64,000 bases of DNA, from contig CAWFEU010000009.1 of assembly GCA_963815055.1 (NCBI GenBank), positions 158,435-222,434 on the forward strand, in the 5' to 3' direction. The DNA is from an uncultured Alphaproteobacteria bacterium (lineage in GTDB: Bacteria > Pseudomonadota > Alphaproteobacteria > Rhizobiales > Xanthobacteraceae). Under the pieces are notes generated by a model. That model was given only the letters and a program-made list of their open reading frames with translations. It searched no databases and was not told the DNA's origin. Made by a program: the position numbers and the translations under genes. Of this stretch, positions 29,661 to 39,139 are shown piece after piece. Numbering within the stretch: the first letter of the stretch is position 1; every line of letters starts with the position of its first letter.

Positions 29661-30032
29661 TCACCAGCAGCGCCAGACCGAGCGCAGTACCGGGCGGCCT
29701 GACCGCCAAACTCGGACAGGCACCCAGCCGCAACGTGGCCCAGACGCGTACCAATAGGGATTGCCCCAGCCGGGGCCCCAGCCCCAACCTGGTCCGGCAC
29801 CCCAGGCAAATGCGGGTGCAAAGCCCACGGCAAAGCCCGGACCCCAACCCCATCCACCTCTGCGCCAGCCGCCCCAGCCGCCTCCACGCCAACCGCCTCC
29901 ACGCCAGCCGCCGCCATGCCAGCCGCCGCCATGCCAGCCGCCGGCCCAACGCGCATCGGCGTTGCCGGGCGTGAAAGCAAAAAGGCTGACGACCAGCACG
30001 ATACCTGCGAAAAACTTCATGACCTTTGACAT
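29661..30032 (-). CDS. Secreted Gly/Trp-rich low-complexity protein (GGGW[H/R] repeats, C-terminal Cys pair)
   Basis: Signal peptide ending ADA, GGGWH/GGGWR repeats and C..RCW end; GAGAGG RBS. Confidence 0.75.
   Translation of the reverse strand: MSKVMKFFAGIVLVVSLFAFTPGNADARWAGGWHGGGWHGGGWRGGGWRGGGWGGWRRGGWGWGPGFAVGFAPAFAWGAGPGWGWGPGWGNPYWYASGPRCGWVPVRVWRSGRPVLRSVWRCW
29869..29943. repeat. 15-bp coding tandem repeat (CCAYGCCARCCGCCN)n encoding GGGW[H/R]
   Basis: About 4-5 near-identical 15-nt units visible in the sequence. Confidence 0.8.
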
Positions 30033-30132
30033 CGCTGCACCTCTCAAATGCGCGGTATGGGTATACGCCCCCGATAGCGGCCAATGCACCGAGTTATCGG
30101 CGAACATCGCGCCCTTGGCGTTCTGCCGACAA

Positions 30133-30148
30133 TTGGACTTAGGGCCAT
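30133..30148. promoter_or_regulatory. TTGGAC-N4-GTCCAA-type palindrome, copy 1
   Basis: TTGGAC-TTAG-GGCCAT, about 100 bp upstream of the Gly/Trp-rich gene. Confidence 0.5.
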
Positions 30149-30366
30149 TGCACAAAAAGCACTAGCGGGGCGCGGGTCATTATTTGATGAGAGCGCGGGG
30201 TCGGAGAAATCGCCCCCTCTGCAAAATAGCTTCGTCGTCGCGACATTTTCATTGGCCCCGAGGCGTCGGGCCGCCAGTAGTCTTCTGGTTAGCCAGCAAC
30301 TTTCAAGGAATCGTTGCGGGCGATAAAGCCCGGTGCTTCCAACGCGCAAACCCGGCCTTAAATGGA

Positions 30367-30397
30367 ACCAGGGACAGGCATTGCGCCTGTCCCTGGT
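30367..30397 (-). terminator. Probable terminator hairpin downstream of the degP-like gene
   Basis: Perfect 13-bp stem ACCAGGGACAGGC/GCCTGTCCCTGGT; U-tract weak. Confidence 0.5.
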
Positions 30398-30438
30398 GTC
30401 GTCCCTCCGCTCCGTCGCAGGATTGCCGGAGGAACGCC

Positions 30439-31968
30439 CTAGCCCCGGGCAGCGTTTGCGATCGGGATCGCGACGAACTTCATCGCGTTATCTGACTTCA
30501 ACCGCATCAGCACGGTGCGCTTGCCATCTTTTTGTGCGCCACTGATGGCATTGCGCACGTCGACCGGGGTAGCAACCGACTTGCCGCCCACGTCAAGAAT
30601 GACGTCGCCGGTCTTGAAACCGTGCTCGGAGGCGAGTCCGTTGGGATCCACGCCGGTCACCACCACCCCTTCGGTGCCGCTGGCGGCAACCTTGCCGGCG
30701 GGAGCAAGCATCAAACCAAGCTTTGGTACATCGCTGCCGCTCGGGCCAACGTCCGAAGATGTTGCCCGGGCCTCACGCTCTTTTGGCAGCTCGGCAAGCG
30801 TCAGAGAGATCGTTTTCATCTCACCTTTGCGCAAAATCGTGAGCTTGGCTGTATTTCCCGGCGCCATGGCACCGATCTGCTTGGAAAGTTCACGAGCGTC
30901 CTTGATTGACTGGCCGTTGACTTCAGTGATGACGTCACCGGAAAGCACTCCGGCTTTGGCCGCAGGGCTGCCCACTTGCGGTTCGGCAACAAGCGCGCCT
31001 TCACTCCGCTTCATGCCGAGGCTCTCGGCAATTTCGGCGGTGACCGGTTGGATCTGAACACCGATCCAGCCGCGAGTGACCACGCCTTTGTCCTTGAGCT
31101 GAGCGACCACCGATTTAACGGTGTCCGACGGAATATCGAAAGCAATGCCGACCGAGCCGCCCGAGGGCGAGAAGATTGCGGTGTTGACCCCGATGACGTT
31201 GCCGTCCATGTCGAAAGTCGGGCCACCGGAATTGCCTTTGTTGACCGATGCATCGATCTGGATGAAGTCGTCATAAGGGCCGGCCCCGATATCGCGACCA
31301 CGGGCCGAGACGATGCCGTTGGTGACAGTGCCGCCAAGACCAAACGGGTTGCCGACTGCCAGGACCAGGTCGCCGATGCGCGGGGCCTTGTCTGCAAGTC
31401 TGACAAAGGGGAAGTCACTGCGGCCCTCGACCTTGATCAGGGCAATGTCAGTACGCTCGTCGGTGCCAACAACTTTTGCACCGTAGGTTTTTCCATCATC
31501 CGTGGTGATCTCGACGGTCTGCGCCTTGTCGACCACGTGGTTGTTGGTCACTGCATAACCGTCGGCGCTGATAAAGAAGCCAGAACCCTGGCCAGTCATT
31601 GAATGGTTGTGTGGCTGACCCTGACCGTCAGGGGTGCCATTGCCACCGGGCATCCCAAAGCGGCGAAAGAATTGCTCCATTGGCGAGTTTGGCGGGAATG
31701 GCGAATTGCCATCGAGTTGCGTCGTGTTTGCAGAAGGATCTATTTTCACACGGACCGCGACGACGGCTGGCTTTACCTTCTCCACGATATCGGCAAAGCC
31801 CACCGGCCGATGTACGATTTCGGCCGCGCTGGCTGCGGATACAGTGAAAACATTGGATTGAGAAATTTCGCACCCGACCACAAGGGTGGCAGCGGCAAGG
31901 CTGGTCACGGTTGCAAGAAGGATAAGGCGGTGCTTGGACAGCGCGCGCCTTTTGCTTATTGAATTCAT
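30439..31968 (-). CDS. Do/DegP-family periplasmic serine protease with two PDZ domains
   Basis: GSGFFIS, TNNHVV, TDIALIK and GNSGGP catalytic motifs. Confidence 0.93.
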   Translation of the reverse strand: MNSISKRRALSKHRLILLATVTSLAAATLVVGCEISQSNVFTVSAASAAEIVHRPVGFADIVEKVKPAVVAVRVKIDPSANTTQLDGNSPFPPNSPMEQFFRRFGMPGGNGTPDGQGQPHNHSMTGQGSGFFISADGYAVTNNHVVDKAQTVEITTDDGKTYGAKVVGTDERTDIALIKVEGRSDFPFVRLADKAPRIGDLVLAVGNPFGLGGTVTNGIVSARGRDIGAGPYDDFIQIDASVNKGNSGGPTFDMDGNVIGVNTAIFSPSGGSVGIAFDIPSDTVKSVVAQLKDKGVVTRGWIGVQIQPVTAEIAESLGMKRSEGALVAEPQVGSPAAKAGVLSGDVITEVNGQSIKDARELSKQIGAMAPGNTAKLTILRKGEMKTISLTLAELPKEREARATSSDVGPSGSDVPKLGLMLAPAGKVAASGTEGVVVTGVDPNGLASEHGFKTGDVILDVGGKSVATPVDVRNAISGAQKDGKRTVLMRLKSDNAMKFVAIPIANAARG

Positions 31969-32270
31969 GATTGTTGCATCTCCAATAACGGGTTGCGCCA
32001 CACCGGTGGCCTGGCTGGCCGCTATAGAGAGCGCCAACTTGCCGCGAGATGACGGTGGAATTAACGATTGGCAATTTTCAAATTTGTGACATCCGCTGTT
32101 GCAGGCAAATCGGACAGCGGGGGAGAGGCTACTCAATGTCTGCTGGTGGCCTGCGGACGCACCCGGCCTGTACTGATTACCTAATATTAATTTCACCGAA
32201 ACGTCTTTGTAATCCAGATCTCGCCATAGAGACGCGGCGCTGGGTTGGGCCAATCAAGGTCCGTTTTTTT

Positions 32271-32462
32271 ATGTGGCATCCAATTTCTACTGCGCCGTTC
32301 GACCGCGATCTCGAATTGGCATGTAGTGAATCAAGCGGTGTACGTGCAATTCCGTTTCCGTGCCGTCGTATTCTTGGCGGCTGGATCAAGGCGGAACTCA
32401 AGACACGCATTGATGTGTGTCCGACGCATTGGCGCGATTGGTCTACAGACGTGAAACGGTAA
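32271..32462 (+). CDS. Small hypothetical protein (63 aa, W.PISTAP...PTHW type, DUF551-like)
   Basis: MWHPISTAPFDRDLEL...FPCRR..GGW...PTHWRDW motif pattern. Confidence 0.65.
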   Translation: MWHPISTAPFDRDLELACSESSGVRAIPFPCRRILGGWIKAELKTRIDVCPTHWRDWSTDVKR

Positions 32463-32632
32463 GTGGTCCGCCGCCCCTTTTCGCGGTTCTGCCCGCATGT
32501 TGCGTATAGCTGGGCAGGAAGGGGTCGCGCCGAGGCAGACCATGCCGGAGCGCGGCCCGCTCGCCCCGTTTGAGTGTTGGCATGTAGTGTCGGCGTTCGT
32601 GTAAGACCGGACTTCGCAGGCCGATTGCATCA

Positions 32633-33202
32633 TCACTGCTTATTCTTCCGCACCAGCCGTTTTGCGGCGCGCGCGGCGGTTTGCGCATAGCTGCGGTCGC
32701 CGTGGATCAGCATCAAGGCCATGGCACCTTCGGTTAGCAGCATGATTTCGCGCGCACGCTCACGCTGCGAGGAGACGCCGCCGATGGCAAGTCCGTCGGC
32801 CAGCCATTGCTCGACTGCGGCTTTATGGTTGCGCGCGATGGCGCGCGCCGGGTGCCCGCGCAAATCAGCAAGTTCCACCACTACGCGTGTGAAGCCGCCG
32901 CCCGACCATTTCGGCTTCGCCGCCCATTCCGAGAGGTCCGCGAAGAACGAGTCGATGAATGCGCGAGGCTCACCAGCGCGTGGAAATGCACGCAGTCGCT
33001 CGATTGCCAGCTTGCTGGAATGCGCCAGCGTCATCGCCATCAGGTCATCCTTGCTGGGGAAGTGCTGATAGAGTGCGCGCTTTGTGATGCCGGCCCTCGC
33101 TGCGATTTCATCCATCGACACGCGCAGAAAACCCTGGCGCCAAAACAAGCCGAACGCCGCATCGAGGATGCGTAGCCGGGTCTGCTGTTTTGACCGTTTC
33201 AC
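32633..33202 (-). CDS. TetR/AcrR-family transcriptional regulator
   Basis: N-terminal HTH SMDEIAARAGITKRALYQHFPSKDDL. Start is either GTG 33202 or TTG 33235. Confidence 0.9.
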   Translation of the reverse strand: MKRSKQQTRLRILDAAFGLFWRQGFLRVSMDEIAARAGITKRALYQHFPSKDDLMAMTLAHSSKLAIERLRAFPRAGEPRAFIDSFFADLSEWAAKPKWSGGGFTRVVVELADLRGHPARAIARNHKAAVEQWLADGLAIGGVSSQRERAREIMLLTEGAMALMLIHGDRSYAQTAARAAKRLVRKNKQ

Positions 33203-33233
33203 AGTTTTGCCCGGGGCTTGAAAATGAATATCC

Positions 33234-33255
33234 AAGTATACTGACGAGTGTATTT
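33234..33255. promoter_or_regulatory. Putative TetR operator between the divergent genes
   Basis: Imperfect inverted repeat AAGTATACT-gacg-AGTGTATTT. Confidence 0.5.
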
Positions 33256-33291
33256 ACATGGCAATGGAACCGGCGCTCTGATCGCGACGCC

Positions 33292-34384
33292 ATGCCCGAA
33301 CGATTAACACTGAAATCCGTCAGGGTCAGGAGCGTGTCGGTGCCACTGCGCCGACCTGTCGTGTCGAAAGTCGGACTGTTCACAGAATGGCCGTTGATAC
33401 TGATCGATCTTTACACCAACGAAGGCGTAGTCGGTCACAGCTATCTGGAGCCTTATCTCAAACATTCGTCCCGCTACATCATCCCCGCGATTGAAGATCT
33501 GGTGGCGGCGCAGGTCGGCAAACGATTGGCGCCCCTCGACAGTTTTCAGGCCAGCCGGCGCTCGCTAAATCTCGTTGGTTATGAAGGCATAACGATGATC
33601 GCGGTCGCCGGTATTGATATGGCGATATGGGACGCCTTGGCAAAGGCTGCGGGCATGCCGCTTGCGGTCATGCTGGGCGGGTCGCTCGGCGGCGTACCGG
33701 CCTACAACAGCAACGGGCTCTGGTTGACCGATGTTTCGACATTGGCCAAGGAAGCAAAAGAATTGGTGGCCGAGGGCCAGTTCAAAGGGCTCAAGCTTCG
33801 CCTTGGGCGGGACCGGCTGGCCGACGATCTTGCTGCCCTCCGCGCAGTTCGCGAGGGTTCAGGCGACGAAATCAAGCTGATGGTGGATTTCAACCAGGGC
33901 CTATCGCTCGGCGATGCGCTGGCGCGCTGCCACGCGCTCGACGACGTGGGGCTTTATTGGTTCGAGGAGCCAATCGTCTACAACAACTTGTCGGGCTACG
34001 CGCAGCTCGCGCGCGAACTACAGACGCCCTGTGCAGATTGGCGAAAATTTCTACGGGCCGCGCGCCATCCATGATGCGCTCGCTGCCGGAGCCTGTGACT
34101 ATGTGATGCCGGACCTGATGCGGATCGGCGGCGTCAGCGGATGGCTGCGAGCAGCACCGGTCGCTGCGGCTGCAGGGATCCAGGTTTCCACCCATCTATA
34201 TCCGGAAGTTGCGGCGCATCTGATGCGCGTAACCGAAACCGCGCACTGGCTGGAGTGGCAGGATTGGGCCGATCCGATCTTGAAAGACCCATTTTCTGTC
34301 AAGAACGGCTGCCTCGAAATTCCAGACCTTCCGGGCATCGGGATTGAGTGGGATGAAGCTGCGGTTGCGCGATACCGTTACTAA
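33292..34384 (+). CDS. Mandelate racemase/muconate lactonizing enzyme family protein, +1 frameshift near 34027-34030
   Basis: KxR (GLKLRLG), MVDFNQ and WFEEP motifs; removing one base restores TPVQIGENF...MPDLMRIGGV...STHLYPE. Confidence 0.85.
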
Positions 34385-34475
34385 GAGCTCCCCGCACGAA
34401 CACCTCGTTTAGCCCTATCACGCGTGCACGCCCGTTTATGACTCAAAAAGGAAATCCCAGCGTGATAAATTGATT

Positions 34476-34823
34476 TTACGGCCATCGCCCACGCATGCAG
34501 CGCATATAGGCGCGATCATAGAGCACAGACCTCTGAACACCGCGGGTCGCGCCACCGGCAAGCGCGCCTATGCCGGCGCCGCGTCCGGCTCCTCTGCCAC
34601 CATTCACGACGCCACCAATGACGGCGCCTCCAAGCGCGCCGCGCACAACGCCGCCCATGGCGCCGCCGGCCGAATAGCGGCGGGAATAGTCGCGGGCATA
34701 CGCCTGGCAAAAGCTCGAAGATGGTTGGGCGAAAGCGCTTGCCATCGGCAGCACGATTCCAATTATCGCCAATCCAGTCACAACGGCCAGCTTTCGCCAC
34801 CCAAGCGGTTTGAAGCGCTTCAT
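34476..34823 (-). CDS. Secreted glycine-zipper protein with a Cys pair
   Basis: Signal peptide, CQAYARDY, GALGGAVIGG/GAGIGALAGG zipper and RCMRG; GAGGA RBS. Confidence 0.78.
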   Translation of the reverse strand: MKRFKPLGWRKLAVVTGLAIIGIVLPMASAFAQPSSSFCQAYARDYSRRYSAGGAMGGVVRGALGGAVIGGVVNGGRGAGRGAGIGALAGGATRGVQRSVLYDRAYMRCMRGRWP

Positions 34824-34967
34824 TTTTTATCCTCCTCGTCGGTTGCCGGCGCCGCGCCGAAGATAGGGAAGTAATGATTGAATTGCTGGTTGGCCGACGA
34901 CTCTTGGCTATGTCCGACCTGCCGCAAGGCCGTCCACGAACTTCACGCGATCAGGCTGAACTGCCAA

Positions 34968-34983
34968 TTGGACCTAGGGTCAA
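34968..34983. promoter_or_regulatory. TTGGAC-N4-GTCCAA-type palindrome, copy 2
   Basis: TTGGAC-CTAG-GGTCAA, about 145 bp upstream of the glycine-zipper gene. Confidence 0.5.
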
Positions 34984-35048
34984 CATTTGCGGCTGCAACC
35001 GGACCAGGCCAGGTCGGTTGCCAGAGCCCGTTTCTCAACGCGTACGTC

Positions 35049-35198
35049 TTAAACGTCCGACGGCTTTTCGTCCTTGTCATCGTCGAGGGGGATACGCGCG
35101 TCTTTCGCGAAGCGCGCTTTGCGGTCGCGTCCCAATACCCAGACAATGATGCAGGTAAATGCGGCAATGAGAATCAATAGAAATATTGACGCTGCCAT
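35049..35198 (-). CDS. CcoQ/FixQ-like single-TM small protein (49 aa)
   Basis: TM helix followed by W.LGRDRKARFAKDARIPLDDD, matching the CcoQ pattern; GGAGG RBS. Confidence 0.65.
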   Translation of the reverse strand: MAASIFLLILIAAFTCIIVWVLGRDRKARFAKDARIPLDDDKDEKPSDV

Positions 35199-35223
35199 TG
35201 TTCTGTCCTCCACTTTTCGAAAG

Positions 35224-36255
35224 TCAAACCAGCTTTCTGTCGTGCCCGGACAGGAGAAACGAAATCCAGGCGGTCGATGTGTTTCTTTCACAGACCGCGA
35301 GCACGGCGACTACAATCGGCACACCGATAAAGGCACCGGCAATCCCCCAGAGAAAACTCCAGAAAAACACTGCGAACAGAACGATGAATGGAGATATCGA
35401 CAAAGTGGCACCCGCAATCCGTGGCTCCAGATAGCTCCCGATAAAAAATTGGATAAAGTTCAAGCAGGCAAACACGGCAAAACAGGCCTGCCACGATCCC
35501 GACTGCACAAGAACAAACAACGTCGGAAACACTGTCGCAAACAATGGGCCAATAAACGGGATGTAGTTCAATACGAACGCAATGACGCCCCACGCGGTCG
35601 CCAATTCGATGCCGGCAACCAATGCAAAGCTCCAGACGACGACGCCGGTCAGGACGCTCATCGTGCTGCGCACGATCATGTACTTTTGAAATTTATCCAC
35701 GATGTCTTTGGTGGCGACCAGGAGTGACTGGCGCAGTGCAGTATTATCGAGGCGTTCCACATTCCTTCGCGCAATGTCGACTTCCAGCAAGCCGAGCACG
35801 ATGAAGGCAAAAGAAATAATGATGAATGATACCAGGCCATATCCTCTTCCGCCTATTTCCCGAATGGCCGCGACGATCCAGCCTGGATTATAGCTGTCAG
35901 CCACCAGGCTTGTTATTGATACGCCGTGTCCGTCGAGCCACCCGGTGGCTTGCGCGTAGAGTGCCTGAAAACGGTCGGTGTTGCCGATGAACCACTGAAC
36001 CACCAGGCCAAATCCCCAGACCACCAGGAAAACAAGTACGGCAATAACAGCGAGGGTAACGACGATAGTAACGACGAGTGCCAGGAGTTTTGGGATTGTT
36101 GCCTGAAGCGCTTTCTGCAATGGCCAGGCGATCGCAATGATAAACAGAGAAAATGTGACTGGCGCAATGATCGCACGTGCAAAATATAACGCGGCAAAGA
36201 CCAGAACCAATGTGCAGAGCAGAAGCAAAATTCGCACTACACGATCTCGTTTCAT
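35224..36255 (-). CDS. AI-2E family transporter
   Basis: WGVIAFVLNYIPFIGP, YLEPRIAG and FLWGIAGAFIGVP motifs. Confidence 0.9.
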   Translation of the reverse strand: MKRDRVVRILLLLCTLVLVFAALYFARAIIAPVTFSLFIIAIAWPLQKALQATIPKLLALVVTIVVTLAVIAVLVFLVVWGFGLVVQWFIGNTDRFQALYAQATGWLDGHGVSITSLVADSYNPGWIVAAIREIGGRGYGLVSFIIISFAFIVLGLLEVDIARRNVERLDNTALRQSLLVATKDIVDKFQKYMIVRSTMSVLTGVVVWSFALVAGIELATAWGVIAFVLNYIPFIGPLFATVFPTLFVLVQSGSWQACFAVFACLNFIQFFIGSYLEPRIAGATLSISPFIVLFAVFFWSFLWGIAGAFIGVPIVVAVLAVCERNTSTAWISFLLSGHDRKLV

Positions 36256-36313
36256 GGTCCGATGCTCAAGAAAAAACGCGCATTGCTATCTGCCCCCGGT
36301 TTTTCAGGGAGGG

Positions 36314-36931
36314 TTAGCTATCGTCATCGCCGAGGTGAGGGAATTCAACAGAGGGAACCGTTGTGCGGAACAGGAGCCAAAGATTTAACACCAGGACGAA
36401 AACCTCAACGCACATAGTCAGGAGCAGAGCCATCAGGCTCACGATGTCGGCGGCGGACACCCAGCTTGCGGGGGCTCCTGTCGTCTGGATGACCGGAATG
36501 CCGGCCTGAGGCGCGCGGAGAAAGTAAATCAAGAGATGTGTGACTTCAAAAAAAATCACCAGCATCGAGAAGACAATGCCGATTGTGATTGCCAATACGC
36601 CGATCCACACCGTCTTTTTTACAGCGGACCCTGTCGGGCGCCGTGCCGGATCAGCGATGCGCACCGCGAGGCGTGTGTAGCGAAAAAACCATATCGCACT
36701 GAATGCGAGTACCAACAGGCCGATCATCGTCAGGTATTCGATCAATGGAATGCCGGCACGCGTGCCGGGAGCCGGATTTTGGCCGAATACCAGTGCGTAA
36801 ATCGTGAGCGTGAGCGGCACCGAGCCGACCGCAATTTGCATCCAAAAGCCAAGCCATCCTAGCCGTGCGAGTGGCCCGGCAAGGCTGTCACCTTGCGACG
36901 GACGCAAAGCTTTCTGAAGCGTGCGCAGCAT
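36314..36931 (-). CDS. DUF3611 family membrane protein (Tic21/PIC1-related)
   Basis: LARLGWLGFWMQ...WFFRYTRLA...SAADIVSL, four TM segments; family assignment from recalled pattern. Confidence 0.7.
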   Translation of the reverse strand: MLRTLQKALRPSQGDSLAGPLARLGWLGFWMQIAVGSVPLTLTIYALVFGQNPAPGTRAGIPLIEYLTMIGLLVLAFSAIWFFRYTRLAVRIADPARRPTGSAVKKTVWIGVLAITIGIVFSMLVIFFEVTHLLIYFLRAPQAGIPVIQTTGAPASWVSAADIVSLMALLLTMCVEVFVLVLNLWLLFRTTVPSVEFPHLGDDDS

Positions 36932-36999
36932 CGTGATCCTGAGCTTTGGTGAGCACCGTGACTTCCACTATGCTAGCGAAAAGGATGACCTGAGTGTCG

Positions 37000-37015
37000 T
37001 TGGCCTTTGGGGCAA
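37000..37015. promoter_or_regulatory. TTGGAC-N4-GTCCAA-type palindrome, copy 3
   Basis: TTGGCC-TTTG-GGGCAA between the divergent starts at 36931 and 37098. Confidence 0.45.
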
Positions 37016-37097
37016 TCGTCACTTGCCGTGGGCGTCGCCCGGCTTGGCGGGAAACGCCGGTAATGCCCGTTTGAAGGACTTGGCCGGGAGAAGACAA

Positions 37098-37262
37098 GTG
37101 ACCGAACCGAAACAAGAACCAACCAGGCCTGACAGTCCCGGACGACAATGGGTCAAATTCGCCGTGACACTGTTTTTGGTCATTGCTGTGATTGTCACCG
37201 GCACTGCGGCGTTCCATTCGCGAAATGCATGGTGGGAAAAGTATATAAGCTTTATCCACTAG
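37098..37262 (+). CDS. Small single-TM hypothetical protein (54 aa)
   Basis: GGGAGA RBS, GTG start and hydrophobic stretch WVKFAVTLFLVIAVIVTGTAAF. Confidence 0.5.
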   Translation: MTEPKQEPTRPDSPGRQWVKFAVTLFLVIAVIVTGTAAFHSRNAWWEKYISFIH

Positions 37263-37366
37263 CCGGCCGCATCCTCGCAGGGCGCCGTGAAATTGCGCGC
37301 CCTTTAACGCGTCATGAAATTTCCGTGTCCTGAAAATTGCACGGCGGCCGAAACTTAGGATTTGCG

Positions 37367-38963
37367 TTATGGCGGCGCTTCGGGTTGATCCGAACGGCCA
37401 GGAAAAAAGTTCCGCAAAGATGAGACCAGGTCGCCAATACTCCAGCCACGCGCTGGCTCGAATTGGGGTGCTCGCTGGCGCTCCCGGACTGGTATTTGTC
37501 TTTTCCGATGGGCCGCTTTTAATGCCTTCCTCGATCCGTGCCTTCATATATGGAAAGAACGGACTGGAGGAGACACGAAGCAGAGAGTCCAGACTGGCGA
37601 TCAGGACGTTGCGTTCACCGCGTGGCGCCAGCGCTCCGAGGTGAACGCCAAAGTCTTCCGATGAATCGGGGGTCAAGCCATACAGGGAATCGTTCATTGG
37701 GAACGGCAGCGCAACATGTGAGAGCGAGTAAAGACCCGCCGGATAAGCAAATCCCAATGCGCGGTCCCGTTCGTTCAATGCGCCCGCATCGATTACGCGC
37801 TCGACTTCTTCGCCGTTGGGAACGTCCGCATTGGTGATGATCGTTGTTCGATAGGCGCGTATTGCCCTGGGCAGCAATTGGGCCAGTGCCGTGTCAGCCG
37901 CCGGTCGCAAAAGCGCACCAAATTTGACGGTCCGGTTCACATCAAAAAGGACAAGTTCGCTTCCATTGGGCGGGAGGTGGGAATAAAGCGCCGAGATTAT
38001 GGCGGATGTACTGACCGTGAAGTCCATGACGGACTGAAATGTGATAATCGGCGGCAGCTGAGACAGTTTTCCTGCGCGGCCGAGTTGGGCAATCTCCCGC
38101 TGTATGACCTGGGTTAAGCGATACGATTGGACGGCGCCATTCACAGGAAACGAATTGTACTTGAAGGGGTTGAATTCGGGCACGATGCCAAGCCATGCGG
38201 CTTCAGAAAATGCGGGCAGCAGTGCAGGCAACCCGGCAAGTCCAGCGAAGCGCGCAAACCGTGTAATGCCGATCATCGGTGAAATCAGGACAATGCGGTC
38301 AGGTCGGGCCAGCTGCGGGTCTTCAATCGCATCGAGCGCATATTTCACCGCAAGAGCGCCGCCGTTGGAAAATCCAACAAGATGCAATGGCGCATTTGGC
38401 GCAATTCGCCGCCGCGCCTCCCTTACAGCGAGCCGCGTGGCCGCTGCCCAATCTTCCCACTCGACGTCGGTCAGGCCAGCGGGAACCGTGCCGTGCCCGG
38501 GCAATCTGATGACAACCGCTACGAAGCCGCGGTCGCGATAGGACTGAGCAATATGACGCTGACTGTATGGTGAGTCAGTAAGGCCGTGCAGAAGCACAAC
38601 CGCACCGACGGGCGTACCTTTGGGTTCGAGAATATAAGAGCGATTGAAGTCTTGAAAAAAGTGCGGCGGGTATATCGGGCTCCCTTCAAAATACCGGTTC
38701 ATCGGGACGCGATCTTCCGGGTCGAGTTTTTGCGTCACCTCGGTCTTTACCGATTCAAAGATGCTGGCCTCCTTGGCCAGATATTGTTTCCAGTCGATTG
38801 CGTCGAGCTCCTTTGCCTTCAATTCGTGCGGGACGAAAGTGTGCCAAACGGCAAGACGTGGCCCGCTTTGGGTGACGTAAATACGAATTGAAAGAAATGC
38901 GACGGCGGCGAGCACAGCCAGAATCGCCGTCCACTTTGTTATCTTGAAAACTGTGCTTCTCAT
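37367..38963 (-). CDS. Membrane-anchored alpha/beta hydrolase; true stop probably TAA at 37367 after a +1 frameshift near 37460
   Basis: LHGLTDSPYS, GFSNGG nucleophile, D and SLSH motifs. The tail of the 691-aa ORF beyond about aa 500 looks non-coding, while the shifted frame gives ...WSIGDLVSSLRNFFPGRSDQPEAPP*. Confidence 0.75.
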
Positions 38964-39139
38964 CTTCCAGTCCGCTATGCCCTCATGACGCGCAGCTCAT
39001 CGGGTGAAAAGCCGCAGCCATGTTTCCCTAATTTCCAAAATCTTTCAACAATGCGTCCCAGGATGGCCGAATAGGTTCATTGGGCCACTGTCCGCCACGG
39101 TAGTAGGACTTTAATTGTCGCATTTGGTACCCTGCCCAA

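Noticed and set aside
29479-30084. Alternative-frame ORF with RRLAW repeats; the tandem repeat considered as a CRISPR-like array
   Set aside because: It is an off-frame reading of the GGGW repeat. The units are contiguous 15-mers without spacers and no cas genes are present.
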